This document shows, piece after piece, positions 1 to 12,715 of a stretch of 64,000 bases of DNA. Below the pieces are notes generated by a model. That model saw only the letters and a list, made by a program, of their open reading frames with translations, was not told the DNA's origin and did not search any database. Positions within the stretch are counted from its first letter, which is position 1. Each line of letters opens with the position of its first letter. This DNA is from Lama glama (Eukaryota). The stretch lies in assembly GCA_028534125.1 (NCBI GenBank), contig CM052817.1:92878001-92942000 (forward strand), given 5' to 3'. The position numbers and the translations under genes are program-made.

Positions 1-649
1 ATGGGATATTTTCCTTTACCCTAAATTCCTTTAGTTAACTAAGAATTGGTGGAAAATGCACACTTCATTTTTGTCTACTTTTAAAATATGAATGCATTTA
101 GCAACTCCATGCCTTAGACATCTATCTACATGGACTTTATCAGCCTGTGCAGGTCAGAGGCTATTAAGATCAAGATGAATTTAGTGAATAACATAGCCCA
201 GGGTTATCTCAGAGGCTGCCTTAAACCTTGCAGAGCTGTGGTCCTGAGCAAATTTTTTTCTGAAAGTCTTGGAGCAATGCTTCTGCGACAAGAACCCTAA
301 TATAAATTGGAACTAAGGAAACAAACACATACAGTGCAAAATAGAACAAGCGTTTCATTTATCACTGTGTGGATACAAACAAAAATAACAGGATGAACAA
401 ATCTTTCTACAATTATTTCATCATTTACATGGTTTTTACTAAATAAATTTGCTTTAAAGAAATCAAAGTTCTCATTTGAAAGAAGTTTAACTTCCCAGTT
501 TTTACACAACTGTTATGTCCTTGGGGGCAAATATAAATATCCAGATGGGAATCCTTTCCTTATTAATAGTTTGTACATAGACTTCAGATGGTACTCAATT
601 AGACGTTTGTTGAATGAATATTAATAGCTTTGAAATAATTCATAGGTCC

Positions 650-860
650 CTACTAATGCTGGGTATTTTATACATATTTTGTTTTGTTTTTCAGTTATCC
701 TCAGAGTAACCATGAAATGTATGTAGTCATGTCTCCCTTTTACAGATTAGAAAAAGGAGGATGGTATATTTGAAGGAGCAGAGCTAGTGATTGTGAATTT
801 GAGAATTCCACATAAGGGTCTCTGATTTCAGAGTCCCTGTTTTTATCTCCTTTAGCACAC
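650..860 (-). mobile_element. MIR SINE fragment (diverged)
   Basis: 'ttatcctcagagtaacc...ctcccttttacagattagaaaa...gagctagtga' resembles the reverse complement of the MIR core. Confidence 0.55.
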
Positions 861-991
861 AGCTTGCCAGTCTTGGACTACACAGACAAAAAAGAAATTG
901 CATCTCCTTTCATGAGTAGACCATGAATGTTCTTTGTAGATAATTTGTTATTAATGTCTCTTCTGCTTCCTTGGTACTATTGATGAGAATG

Positions 992-1669
992 TGTTACAAT
1001 GTGATTTCTTTTGTGTTGTGATTCCTACTCATGTTGCATGAAACTCATAGCTCTGTTAAGCAGTTCAAAATGGAGTCACAGTGGCCAGTGTGAACTTCCA
1101 TATTAGTTGTTTTGAAACCTTGGGTATAGACTGCAAGTGTCTTAGACAGATAAACTAAGTGTTTCCTTAGATAAGGACTCTGATTGGCAACATCTGTGAA
1201 AGACTTCACTGGAACAGAAGAAGCAACTGATAGACAGACAAGACCTCCTGGGGCATAAGTGGCACACTCAACTGGCAGACTGCTTAAAATGAGAGCAAAG
1301 TGCCAAGGTACTTAAAGGCTCTTTCCTGGAGGACCTGACTGCTGCCAAGAGATGTTCCAGATGATGCTGCCCACGCTTTGCTGGAGCAGAAGGTGACTTC
1401 CCACTCACACGCACTGGGAGACCAGGTGGCTGACTGGAGTCCACTGCTCACGCTGAGATGTCTCCATCCCTGACTTCTCCTTGGAGTGGTTTGTTACCCC
1501 TTTTCCTATCTTCCCTACTCTGACTAAGTGCTACGTGCTAATCGTGTGCAATAAACTAGTGATTCATGAATTGGATATTGGCTATGCTCTGTCGATCTCC
1601 AATCCCGTGATTCTTACCTGGCCTTACCCCTGGGCCCAGCAACTAAGAGAATGAAAAATAGTTATAACA
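992..1669 (+). mobile_element. Solo ERV-type LTR, family unassigned
   Basis: Terminal inverted TGTTA...TAACA; AATAAA at 1550-1555; 'ttcaaaatggagtc' motif common in ERV1 LTRs; no clear TSD. Confidence 0.6.
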
Positions 1670-2067
1670 TTTCAACGAATTATGAGAGGGATAGATCCTA
1701 ATATCCTAAGAAACGAATAACTTCAAATTAAACACAATTAACAAACATTACCAGGTAGACAACTGTGCATCTCTAAATTTGAGGCATTGTGGGAGATACA
1801 AAATGGAAAAGGCAAGATACTTGCTCTTTAAAAACATTATAACCCGATGAAGAGGTAGAAATGTACATAAACAACATAAGGGTGTTTCCCTGGGGTCAAA
1901 AACTTTAGGCTCTTATTTGGAAAGGGTGGGAGGCCTGTGAAGGATCTTGATGGAACAGACTTGGATAATTTGAGCTGGGAAAAGGAGTGTGAATGAAGGA
2001 CCAAAGTTCCTCCCATTGGAGGGAATGAGGGTTAGGAGAGGTGACCTGGTTTTAATGTTGTGCCAGG

Positions 2068-2278
2068 GAACATGGAACATTCTTTAGGATAGACCACATA
2101 CTACAACACAAAATAAGCCTCAACAAGTTTAAGAGGATAGAAAGTATTTGAAGCATCTTTTCTGACCACAACAGCATAAAACTAGAAATCAACCACAGAA
2201 AGAGAAACGAGAAAAAAAAACAATTGCATGCAGACTAAAAAACATGGGTCAACAATGAAATCAAAGAGGAAATTTAAA
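2068..2278 (+). mobile_element. Isolated internal L1 ORF2 fragment (end of endonuclease domain), pseudogenised
   Basis: Translation from 2071: HGTFFRIDHILQHKISLNKFKRIESI*SIFSDHNSIKLEIN, containing the L1 EN RIDH and SDH motifs and an in-frame stop. Confidence 0.9.
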
Positions 2279-2479
2279 TTGTGCCCGTAAATAAAATTGT
2301 CACAATTATAAATGTAGGAGCCTGTCCCCCTTACTTGTCTCCACTCTTCCAATTTTGGATGCTTTCCTTCATCTCACTCTCAGCAGATAAGCTAAGGAGA
2401 AAAAGCAGTCCTAGATTTTAATATGACACATACAAACCTATTTACCTTCTGCTCCTCCTTTCTCTTATAGAAATAGAAG

Positions 2480-4090
2480 AGCTGTCTCTTCTAAGACTAA
2501 TTTGTCTCCCTGCTTTAGATCCAATTTCCTTCCCTCCTCACCCCCAATCCTTATAGGAACCCATTTTCTCTCTTTTCCTTTCAACTTCAGTCTCTCAGCT
2601 GGATTCTTCCCATTGAGTTCAAACAGCCCAATTCTTCCCTATTTACACTTTCCAAATAAAAATGAAAGCTTCACCAGATTCTTGATTCCTGTCCAGCTCC
2701 ACCCTATTTCTCGCATCTCTGCTCTTCAGAATAAAATGATGGGAAATAGTTATTTATTATTCTGTCCCAGTGTCCTCATACTCAGCTCTTATGGCTTCCT
2801 CATGCATCCATTTCTCTATTGAGATAACTCTCCCTGAGGTCACCCATGATTACATTCTTGCTAAGCCCTGTTGAGGTTTTACATTCCCAACTGTAATAGT
2901 CAATGTAGTTACTGCAAACTTGCACAATAGATAAACTCCTAAAAATCAGTAGGATAACATAATAAATGTTGTTCTTTCTTAATCACGTACAGTCTGATGT
3001 TGGTCAAATGGCCCCTTCCATCTTCTATCTATGCTGTATGGAATATGTAACTGTTCCAGTTATTTAATGCTGTAACAAACAACTCAAAACTTCAGCGGCT
3101 TAAAACAATGACAATATTCATTTTCTTAGGTCTGAAATTTGTAAAGAGATATATGGATGTAGTTTTATTTTCTATTGCCCTCAGCATTGACTGGAGTATC
3201 TCCAAGGCTGAGGGCTAGACTCACCCAAAGATGCACTCCCTCACTTGCCTGCAGGTTGGTGCTGGTTGCTGGCTGGGATCTCAATGGGGCTGTTGCTGGA
3301 ACACCTACTCGTGGCCGTCCCAGGTGGTTGCTTGGCTTCCCCGTGAGCATGACGTCTTGGGCAGGCATGCCGAGGAAGTGCAAGGTGAAAGCTGGATCCT
3401 CTTTTCTGAGCTACTGCTAGACGTCATGCAGCATCACTTCCACAGCATCCCCTTTAGAAGTGAGTCACTGAGACTGGCCATCACATCATTTCACTTGAGT
3501 CCTTAGCAGCACTGGTGCATTAACTCTGCTTCCATAGGAAACTTTCTCTTTCCTTCTTTTTTATGATTACACATCTCCTAGCTTCACTTCTGTATTTTTG
3601 CTCTCAGGACAACACCCCAAATCCATGATGTGGTCTGGCCCCACATACTTCTCCACTCTTGCCTTGCACTGTGTCCTCCTTTGATTTTTCTGCTCCAGCC
3701 TCACAAGCTGTTTTTTGTCTCCTGTCAAGGCCGCGTTCCTTTGCGCCCTGACGCCTCTGCACAGGCTGTTTTCTTTCCCTGAAATCCTCTTTCCTAAGCT
3801 CTTATGTGTCTTCTTCAGATGCCTTTTCTTGACCTTTAAAATTAGTTCACATATACCTATTGAACCCTCTAATAGAAGCAAATATATCCTTTTCCAAAGC
3901 ACTTAACATTAGTTTTCAATCCTGAGAAACTTATTTATCAATAAATAAAATTATTTATTTCTTATCTGTTGTCTATTTTCATCTCTACATATAAGCTCAG
4001 TAAAAGGTGCCTGTTTTGCATATCAAATTACTTCTACTGTCCACCTAGCATAGTGCCTGGCACATAATAAGTATTTATTGAATAAATGAG
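2480..4090 (+). mobile_element. L2 LINE remnant interrupted by MLT1 LTR(s)
   Basis: Pyrimidine-rich L2-like body; L2 3' tail 'catagtgcctggcacataataagtatttattgaataaatgag' at ~4049-4090. Confidence 0.7.
2892..3482 (-). mobile_element. MLT1 (ERVL-MaLR) LTR fragment(s), possibly two adjacent or nested copies
   Basis: 'tgctgtaacaaacaactcaaaacttcagcggcttaaaacaa' and 'catcacttccacagcatcc...aagtgagtcact' are typical reverse-strand MLT1 motifs. Confidence 0.7.
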
Positions 4091-4158
4091 TGTACCACTC
4101 AGCCTAGGAATCTTGGGTAGCAAGAAATGTCTTTTATCAATAGTTCTCAAGTTTGGAA

Positions 4159-4198
<40 letters not shown>

Positions 4199-4232
4199 CT
4201 GTGTGTGTCTGTGTGTGTGTGTGTGTGCGTGT
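4159..4232. repeat. (GT)n microsatellite, imperfect
   Basis: Directly visible GT dinucleotide run. Confidence 0.97.
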
Positions 4233-4803
4233 CTGGGATCCTGACATTTACTATGTAGTGTCAGATACATTTACCATCCTGCAGGGAACAGAGCAGTCTA
4301 GCACAATAAAGAATCACTCCACACCACATACCAACAGTACCCTTCCCTGCTTTGAGGAATCATAATTTGATAGTTTAACTGAAGCTTCTCAGCTGACCTT
4401 CACATTAGAAAGAGCATGTATTAAAGCCTGCAGAGGTGAAGGGAAGGGCTATAGCACTGAGTCTCTGCACCCCATCTCCTTATTCTGCAGAATGCCAGAT
4501 TCCTGGGTCTCTAGGAATTCCTGGTATGAGTAATGTTAAGGAGTTGTGGCTGCTTGACTTTGCTGACTGTGGAGAACTGCAAACCTCTAGCAAACAAATT
4601 CACCAGGCCTCTGAAACCTGATGGAGTTGCCTGTATATATTGGCAAGGAGACAAGTTCATCAGCTACAAGAGCCAGTGCCTCACCTTTGAATGCAGTCAA
4701 GAGTGAGCAACAAACATGCGTCAGATCCACTCTTTTTCATTTGGTTATTATGATAGTGGTGGCTGAGCAGACAGGATAAAAAACTGACGTGGTCAAAATG
4801 CTT

Positions 4804-5296
4804 ATGGAGGAAACTGAAATGCATATTACTAAGTGAAAGAAGCTAGTCTGAGAAGGCTACACACCATATGATTCCAACTATATAACATTCCAGAAAAGGC
4901 AAAGCCATGGAGACAGTAAAAAGATCAATGGCCCAGTGGGACTCAGGGGGAGAAATAAATAAATAGGCAGAGTACAGATGATTTTAGGGCAGTGAAAATA
5001 TTCTGTATGATCCATATGAAATTATAATGATGGATATATGTCATTATACATTTTTCCAAACCCACTGAATGTACAACACCAAGCATGAACCCTTAGGTAA
5101 CCTACAGACTTTGAGTGATTATAATGGGTCAGTGAAGGTTCATCCCTGGTAATAAATGTACCATTCCAGTGAGTGATGTTGATGATGGAGGAGGCCATGC
5201 AAGTGTAGGAGCAGGGGGCATGTGGGAAATCTCTGTACCTTCCTCTCAGTTTTGTTGTAAGCTTAAAACTTCTCTAAAAATAGGAAGTTAAAAAAA
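4804..5296 (+). mobile_element. L1 3' end (L1MC/L1MD-like)
   Basis: 'atgcatattactaagtgaaagaagc...aaaggcaaagccatggagacagtaaaaagatca...tgggaaatctctgtaccttcctctcagttttgttgtaagcttaaaact' plus A-rich end. Confidence 0.85.
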
Positions 5297-5406
5297 TGCT
5301 TTTGGCATTATCAACTGTAGTGGGATGAAGTTAAGTGCTGACTGAGCTTTTTTCTTGCCCCCAGGAGTTAACTCTGAGGATCTGGGATTACAGTAGAGAC
5401 AATGAC

Positions 5407-5872
5407 TGTATTAGTTATCTATTGCTGCATAACAAATTGCCCCAAAATTCATGGCTTAAAACTATAAGCATTTAATACCTCTCAGTTTCTGTTGAGTTAG
5501 GAATCCTTGAGCAGCTCACTTGGGTAGTTTTAACTAAGTGTTTCTCATGAATTTGTAGCCAGATGTCAGCTGAGGCTGCAGTCATCTGAAGGCCTGACTG
5601 GGGCTGAAGGATCCACATCAAAGATGTCTCCCTCTTATGGCTGGTAAGTTGGTGCTATTGGTGACAGCCCTCAGTTCCCTTCCACAAGGGCCTCACACAG
5701 GGCTCTGTGACTGCCCTCTGGATTTTCCCAAAGCTAGCATTCCAAGAGATTAAGGGAGAAGTAGACATTTTTGTATCCTATGGTCACACAAAATACCTTG
5801 ATTTAGTTTGGGAGAAGCCTTTCCACAAAGGCATTAGGATCACAGGGGACATCTTGGAGGCTGTCCACCACA
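5407..5872 (-). mobile_element. MLT1 MaLR solo LTR
   Basis: Begins 'tgtattagttatctattgctgcataacaaa', ends 'ccaccaca'; near-identical 5-bp TSD atgac/gtgac. Confidence 0.85.
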
Positions 5873-6002
5873 GTGACCTATCCAATTCTCCAGGGCTGAG
5901 TTGGAAATATCTGATTATTGGTAAAGGATTCCTAGTTACTCAAGGTTCTGCACAGAGTACAAACTGGTTTGATGATTTTCAATATAAGAGAGAAAACAGG
6001 AG

Positions 6003-6445
6003 TGTGACAGGCAGAATTATGGCTCCCCAGCCCCCACGACTTGTGAATATGTTAACTTGCACCGCAAAAGTGACTTTGCAAGCGTGATTAGGTTAAGAAT
6101 GTTGTGATGGGAAGGGTATCCTGGATTATCTACGCGGACCCAATGTCATCACAAAGGTCCTTACACAAGAGAGGGAGGAGGGACAGAGGAGTTGGAGTAA
6201 CAGAAGCTTAGCTTCAAGTGGTGCAGGAGCATGAGCCAAAGAACACGGACAGCCTCGAGAAGCTGGAAAAGTCAAGGGCTGGATTCACCCCTAGAGAAAT
6301 ACAGCCCCGCTGACACCTTGATTTTAGCCCTGTAAGTCCCACTTCAGATCTTGACTTCCAGCACTGTAAGATAATCCATTTGTTTTGCTTTAAGTCCTTT
6401 AGATTTGTAGTAAGCTTGTCATAGCAACAATAGGAAATTAATACA
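6003..6445 (+). mobile_element. MLT1D-like MaLR solo LTR
   Basis: 'tgtgacaggcagaattatggctcccc...ctggattatc...cccaatgtcatcacaaaggtcctta...aattaataca'; TSD aggag/gggag. Confidence 0.9.
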
Positions 6446-6499
6446 GGGAGTGAGAAGAAGGGTACTTTTGGGAGGGAAAGTAGTGTTCTTTTCAACTGG

Positions 6500-7020
6500 T
6501 TTCTCTCCTAAACATTGCAAGGCTATCATCTGGGAACTCTGTGTGAGAGAAGACATTTTCCCCCACTGATGGGATGTTTGCTGAGCTTCTGGGCTTGTGG
6601 TCTTGCTCTGCTACTACCAGAGACCGGGAAAAAGTATTGGGGAGGGAGGGCATGGTGGCACAACGAAGCTGAAAGGAAAGCATACTGTCCTGAGTTCTTT
6701 TTTCCAAAAGGAAGAGACAACAGTTTTGTTTGAGCATGAGGGCACTGAGGTGGGGACTCATAGAAGACGGATGTGACCAGAAGCTGCTCGCTCGCTGACA
6801 TGGGGCAAAGAGGGGCAGGAGCAAGAAGCTGTTGCCAAGTCTCACCAGGGACTTCCAGTACCCAGGAAAGCTGCTTGAGATTAGGCAGGCTCCAAAAAAA
6901 ATGGATTGACATCTCAGAATGGAGAGAATGACATCTTTGTCACCAAACTGAGACTGCCTTTATGAATCAAAATGACTGAAAAATTATGGAATCCCTCTGA
7001 GATGCCCATAAGGTAGCCTG
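6500..7020. mobile_element. Possible ancient LTR fragment (MamGyp-like?)
   Basis: Weak resemblance only ('aactgagactgcctttatgaatcaaaatgactg'); no defined termini. Confidence 0.25.
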
Positions 7021-7959
7021 CTGAGCGTGGACTTCCACACAGCTGACTTGGAACAAGTTCCTGGCACATTCAAGTCTTTTTGTGTATACATCTCAGTAGT
7101 TGAGATGCTGCAACCAAGCTGGTTGTAGAACCATTCTTTTCAACACCAAATGAGAATACTGGACTAAAGGGAAGGATAACCATCCAATTAAAGATAGACT
7201 CTGGTGGCTGAGGCTAAATTTTGTGCGTTAATCAAAATTCTTAAGTCTCAGTTGTGCTGTGTCTCTCTTGACCAGAGGGCTTGACAGGGCTGGGTGTGCA
7301 GCCTCCTGGATTGTGGGAATGATCGCAAAGCACGGAATACCACAGTGAGCCGCTAATGACTGTTATCATCCCGGTTAAATCAGGAACGAAGTGGAGGAAA
7401 ATGAGCACCCAAGTGCTGCTTGTCAAACAGAAATCATGTGTTGTGATGTGGCAAAGACGTACAAAAGACAGATGACAAGTTCGAGAGTAGGAGGAAGAGG
7501 GCTTGGACTTGAACCTCCCCTTTGTGATGTTTGTTTTAAAATATTCAGATGTTTATATAGATGGAATTGAGAGAGCTTTCTCAGAATTTACCAACCAACC
7601 CATTTCCCTGTTCTTTTAAAACAACACAAAGGGTGAGATTTTAAATTTTCTGTATGGTTTCTCCTGTGAATCAGAGTCTTGAAAATTACATCGTGTTTGC
7701 CTTTTAACAATGAATTGCAAACAATAAATTAATCAGAGCTTTAATGTTTTCTGCAGCATTTTTAAAAAATGTGGGTAATTTTTCTGATGACATTATTTAA
7801 ATTTTGAGCAGCCTTCTGCATTTCAGCTTATGCATATTTATTCAAGCTTTAAAAATATATAAGAGATGAAACAGCCTTTAACCACATTCTTTAGTGTCTG
7901 AACTTGTACAAAGTCCCAGGGCAAAGGCTGGGGTCCTGACCCCATGAGAGGATGTGGCA

Positions 7960-8135
7960 GAGGGGATATGACCTGGGCTTTTAGTCACACAGACCTGAGT
8001 TCAGGCTTAAATCTTTGATTCAGTCTCACCCTGGGGTGTGAAGTTGGCAACTTGTGCTGTGTCTTTGAAGAAGCAGTTCCTCATTTACAAAGTGAGTGCA
8101 ACCCTTCAGCCTTGTGAGGGAGTCAATGTTAAACA
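7960..8135 (+). mobile_element. MIR SINE
   Basis: 'cagacctgagttca...gtgtgaagttggcaa...cagttcctcatttacaaagtg...ttgtgagg'. Confidence 0.7.
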
Positions 8136-8327
8136 TGAAATACTGATTTTGTCTCTTCTCATTATGGACTTTAAAAGTTTGTATAAATATGTAGAGACAT
8201 AAGAATGAAAATATCAAAACCTAAACGCTTGAAACTTCTGCAAAGTTTTATACATTATATTATATATGAAAGGGTGTCCTTGTTTTTTTTATTGTAGGTT
8301 CTTTCAAATTAATACACCATTATTTCT

Positions 8328-8676
8328 TTTTTTTTAATAGAGATATAATTGACATATAATGTTATATTAGTTTCAGGTCCACAACATAATGATTTGATAT
8401 TTGTATGTATTGCAAGATGATCATCACAAGTCTAGTTAACATCCAGTACCATATACAATTATAGAATTTTTTTTTCTTGTGATGAGAACTTTTAGGATCT
8501 ATTCTCTTCGCAACTTTCAAATATCCAGTACAGTATTGTTAACTATAGTCACCATGGTGTACATTACATCTCCAGGACTTTATTTTATAGCCAGAAGTTT
8601 GTACCTTTTGACCTCTATCAGCCATTTTGCCCACTGCTCTCCACCCCTAGCCTCTGGCAACCATCAGTCTTTTCTC
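8328..8676 (-). mobile_element. 5'-truncated L1 3' UTR (L1MA9-like) with TSD
   Basis: Poly-T followed by 'gagatataattgacatataa...ctatagtcaccatg...ctctggcaacca'; 18-bp TSD taatacaccattatttct (8310-8327) / taatacattattatttct (8677-8694), 2 mismatches. Confidence 0.9.
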
Positions 8677-8884
8677 TAATACATTATTATTTCTAAACTG
8701 GAATAGTACATCACATTTTATTACAAGTGTACTATTATTCTTTGTATGTCTCCAAAAAACCTTATATAGGACTTCACATACAGGGTCTAAAACATGTAAG
8801 AAAGAATACATAAATGAGTATGAATATAAAAGAGTAACTTTAATCATAATTATAATAAATTACAATTATAAAAGTAATTAAGTC

Positions 8885-9000
8885 AACACAATTTCTTTTG
8901 AAAATCTATTGTGTAATCACGCATTGTCCTAAGTATAGTGGAGACAGTGGTAAATAAAATATACAAAATATTTGTTCTCATAAAACTTGCATTTCACAAA
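8885..9000 (-). mobile_element. L2 fragment
   Basis: 'gcattgtcctaagtatagtggagacagtggtaaataaaa...tgttctcataaaacttgcattt'. Confidence 0.55.
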
Positions 9001-9689
9001 CAGGAACTTGTAGGGTTATCAGGAAAACTGAAGCCAGGATTCACAAAATTCTGAAAGTTAATAAAATGAAATCAGTAAAATGGCGTTCTATTCTGAAGGA
9101 AGGACTTAGTCCACTTCTTAGAGAAGGACAGTGTGAATTAAGGCAGAGTTGTGATAGAACTAATTAACGCCTCCATCACTGCACCTTCATTAGCACAGTC
9201 TTAGGCTATGCTGATAGGTTATTTCAGAAGATGATACTGATTAAACACCAGGCAGTGTTAAGCATGGGTAGAAAAAATAAAGTACATTGGTTTCTTCTAG
9301 ACAATCGTATATTCTGCTATGGTGGTAAGATAATTACTGAAGACAATACATGATATGTGATATATTCCATAAAAGAAGGACAAACAAACAAAAACCACAG
9401 CAGCAATGAGAAACTAAATATGAACTTAAAAGGATGGAGAGAGCCAATTTGATTTAACTAGGAAAGACTTGCTAGAGGGGGGAAGCAAATGTGACAGACT
9501 TGAGGGCTGGGTAAGATTTATTCATGTAGACCTGGTGGTGAGAGCATTCAACAGCGGACTGAGCCTTCTGCATAGGAATCCAGGGTCCAGTTGGGGAATA
9601 GAAATAGCTTCACTGAGCTCTTCACTGAGTTGGAGAGCATACATATAACGTGTTCTGGTCTGCATGACTATCCATTTTAATTGCCAAAA

Positions 9690-10046
9690 TATTTGGGACC
9701 CCACATGTTAAAAAGAATATGGATGAAATAGAAACTATTCCAAGGATGACGAGGGACCCTGAAATGTCATTGAGGAAGGGTTAAAATAGTTGTGAACTTA
9801 TCCTGAGAAAAGAACCCTAGAGGGCACAACAGAATCAAAACTTAAATGGGCAAAGGTTGTTTTGTGGAACTGTGCAGAGCGTGAGTCAAAGGTGGATGGA
9901 GTTTACAGCTGTCAAACCTTAATTGCCTTTGGAGATGTTCAAACAAATTAGGATGACCTTTGCTAGGAAAATTGTTCCTCACTGGATTGGCAGGTGGATT
10001 AGATAAAACCCAAGGCTCTTCCAATATCAATATTGCACAATCCTAT
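9690..10046 (+). mobile_element. L3/CR1 LINE 3' fragment
   Basis: 'atcctgagaaaagaa...ggagatgttcaaacaaa...ggattagataaaacccaaggctcttccaatatc' resembles the CR1/L3 3' end. Confidence 0.7.
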
Positions 10047-10074
10047 TTGCAGCTGTGATTCTATTAATTTTTAA

Positions 10075-10365
10075 AATAAAACAGACTAGCTAATATAACA
10101 AAAAAGAAATAGATATAGGAAACAAACTAGTGGTTACCAATGGGGAGAGGGAAAGGGGGAGGGACAAAATGAGGGTAGGGGATTAAGCAGCACAAATAAC
10201 TATTTACAAAATAAATCAGCTACAAAAATATATTGTACAGCACGGGGAATATGATCAACGTTTTGTAACTATAAATGGAGTATAATCTTTAAAAATTGTG
10301 AATCACTATATTGTACACTTGAAACTTACACAAGACTGTAAATCAACTATACATCAATAAAAAAA
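10075..10365 (+). mobile_element. L1 3' UTR fragment (laurasiatherian/cetartiodactyl type)
   Basis: 'aaacaaactagtggttacc...tattgtacagcacggggaatat...gtgaatcactatattgtacacttgaaact...aatcaactatacatcaataaaaaaa'. Confidence 0.88.
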
Positions 10366-10494
10366 TAACAAAAATATTCTACAATCCTAATTGCAATTGT
10401 GTTTCTATTACTTAAAAATATGTTTGGGAATACCTGCAGAAAGACAAGTATAGTAGTGTTATTTTCAAGTGTGGGAAAAAACTTTTTGAGTGGA

Positions 10495-11014
10495 AATCTC
10501 CTGTATTCCCAGCATGCATTCACCCTCTGGTACCTACTGTTTCTGAATCCATGTGGTCTGGTGGCGGTGACCCCACTCCAGCTCTAGAGGTGATGCACGT
10601 GACGCAGACTTCGGCAACCAGCCTATCCAATTGCCCTGGCCACCATGATTGCCTCAGGGATGGCACATAAGCCATTCAAGCCAAGACTATGCAACAGGAT
10701 TTTTCGTAGGACTTCTGGGAAGTGTCATGTCTTTTCTATGATGGATGTAGTGTTGAGAAAATAATAGGGCCTGGAGCTTCCCCCATTATCTATCATGTGG
10801 AGCCTAAGACAGAAGCTACACATGGGAGGTGAGAAACGAGTGACAAAAACTGAGTCCCAGTGACATGGCTTGAATCCTCAGGGTCACCATGTTTGAAGCC
10901 AAACAGAGGTACCCCTGGACTTTTCAGGTTATGTAAATTAAGAGATTTCATTTTTGTAAGCTTGTTTGCGAAGGTTTGTCCATCACTGGCAACCCTAGGC
11001 TCCTAACTGATGCA
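10495..11014 (+). mobile_element. MLT1K-like MaLR LTR
   Basis: 'ccctggccaccatgattg...cagggatggcac...cctggacttttcag...ctcctaactgatgca' terminus. Confidence 0.75.
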
Positions 11015-11149
11015 GAGCTAATTAAGGTGTAACAGTTTAAGAAGGAAAAATAAAATCTGGCATATCTACTTGAGAACTAGCATGTAGCCACCAAAAGTTA
11101 CACTTATAAAGACTATGGAACCACACGGAATAAGGCGGGACACAAAATA

Positions 11150-11795
11150 CAGCTGATCCTCATCATTTGTGGATTCCATATTTGTGAATTTGGCAGCTTG
11201 TTAAAATTTATTTGTAATCCCAAACTAATACCTGAGGCTCTTTGCGGCCCTTCATGGCCACATGCAGAGCAGAGAACAATCTGAGTCGTCTGATGCCCAC
11301 CTGCCCAGATGAGGTTGAAGACCATGTTTCTCTGCTTTCTTATTTCAGCTCTCTTACTATAAAAAAATGTTCTTGTTTAATGTCTGTTTAGTGAAATGGT
11401 TTCTGAATTTTTGTGCTTTTTGTTGCTGATTTCATTATTTCAAATGGTCCCCAAGTGTGCTTCTGAAGTGTTGTTTAGTGTTTCTAAGTGCAAGAAAGTT
11501 GTGATTGTGCCTTACGGAGAAAATCAATGTATTAGATACACTTACTTTAGGCATGAGTTGTAGGGCTGTTGGCTGTGAGTTCAATGCTCATGAATCAACA
11601 GTGTATAGTAAAGAAGGTATCTTTAAACAGAAACACACACTAAACACGGTTATGCATCATCGGTTGATGGAAACGTGACCGGAGGCTCACAGAAACCTAA
11701 CATTATTCCCCCAGGAGCAATGGTTAATATTTGCTAACTTGGTGTTTGCTGCAACTTTACAGAACATAATTACTATCAATAACTAGATTCAACTA
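11150..11795 (+). mobile_element. MER82 (TcMar-Tigger) non-autonomous DNA transposon, near full length
   Basis: TA-flanked degenerate TIRs (cagctgatcctcatcatt...aataactagattcaact); internal 'aaaatttatttgtaatcccaaa', 'atggtccccaagtgt...ccttacggagaaaat...ggcatgagttgtagggctgttggctgtgagttcaatg' match recalled MER82 with its degenerate transposase N-terminus. Confidence 0.88.
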
Positions 11796-12060
11796 TATTT
11801 AAAAGATATACTCAAAAGAATGAGGTTGGAAAAAATGAAGCAAAATAACAGTGGCTGTGCTAGAGTGATGGAAATACAACTTTTTTCATCTTCCTAATTT
11901 TTAAATGTTTAAAATAAATTATAGCACTATGGTGAAAAACATATTGTACATTAAATAAATACCACATAAATCAAGAAAACCAGCAAAATATCCCCCTTCA
12001 GCATTCTACGAGTCAGATTAAAGAAATATATTAAAATTACTTTACTTTATTTTATAAAAC

Positions 12061-12101
12061 ACACATGTGCGTACACACACACACACACACACGTACGCAC
12101 A
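12061..12101. repeat. (CA)n microsatellite
   Basis: Visible CA run. Confidence 0.9.
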
Positions 12102-12459
12102 GAAAAGATCTTTGTTTTGGTGTAATTTAGCTTGATTGTTCGAGTAAATCACCAGATTAGGCTCTTAATGATTTCCGCCCCCATCAACTTTTTGTCTAAG
12201 AAATGTGCCAAAGCTCTAAATACACAATTTATAACAATCAGAGCAATGGCAAAGATGCTGGGGTTTATTTCCTCTAACCTCCCATTCAATATAAATATTC
12301 TATTTAAAACATCCCCCAAAGAAAAGCATCCAATTTTTAAAATATTCTTTCTCTGTAAAGGAAGTTGACTAGCAGATAATATCTATTTGGTCAATTATAA
12401 CTGTTATGAATATTTCTTGTATTTATCCATCTTCCTATCATAGTCCTTCCTTTCTAACT

Positions 12460-12715
12460 ACAGAGGATAAATCAAATCCTCTTTATACACTATAGCTCTT
12501 GAAATACTGTAAGAGAGCCATCGTGTTATCCCTGGGGCTTTTCTTTTCCAGATTAAATATCCCCAGGAACTTTATCCATCCTTCATAAGAGCATTTGTCT
12601 AAATCCTTTGCTGTCCTGCCTACTCTCCTCTTCCTGAGCCCTGGCTGATCCATGCCCTTCTTAACCTTGTGAAATCAGGACTGAGAAAAACTCAGAATTT
12701 GTGGGTCCAGGGATA
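12460..12715 (-). mobile_element. L3/CR1 fragment
   Basis: 'ttgaaatactgtaagagagccatcgtgttatccctggggcttttcttttccagattaaatatccccag...tccttcata' is the reverse complement of a CR1 RT-end/3' motif. Confidence 0.7.

Noticed and set aside
4034..4365. HT-repeat and VC-repeat ORFs
   Set aside because: Translations of the (GT)n microsatellite
9814..9828. CTCF-like 'accctagagggcac'
   Set aside because: Mismatches at core positions and located inside a decayed L3/CR1
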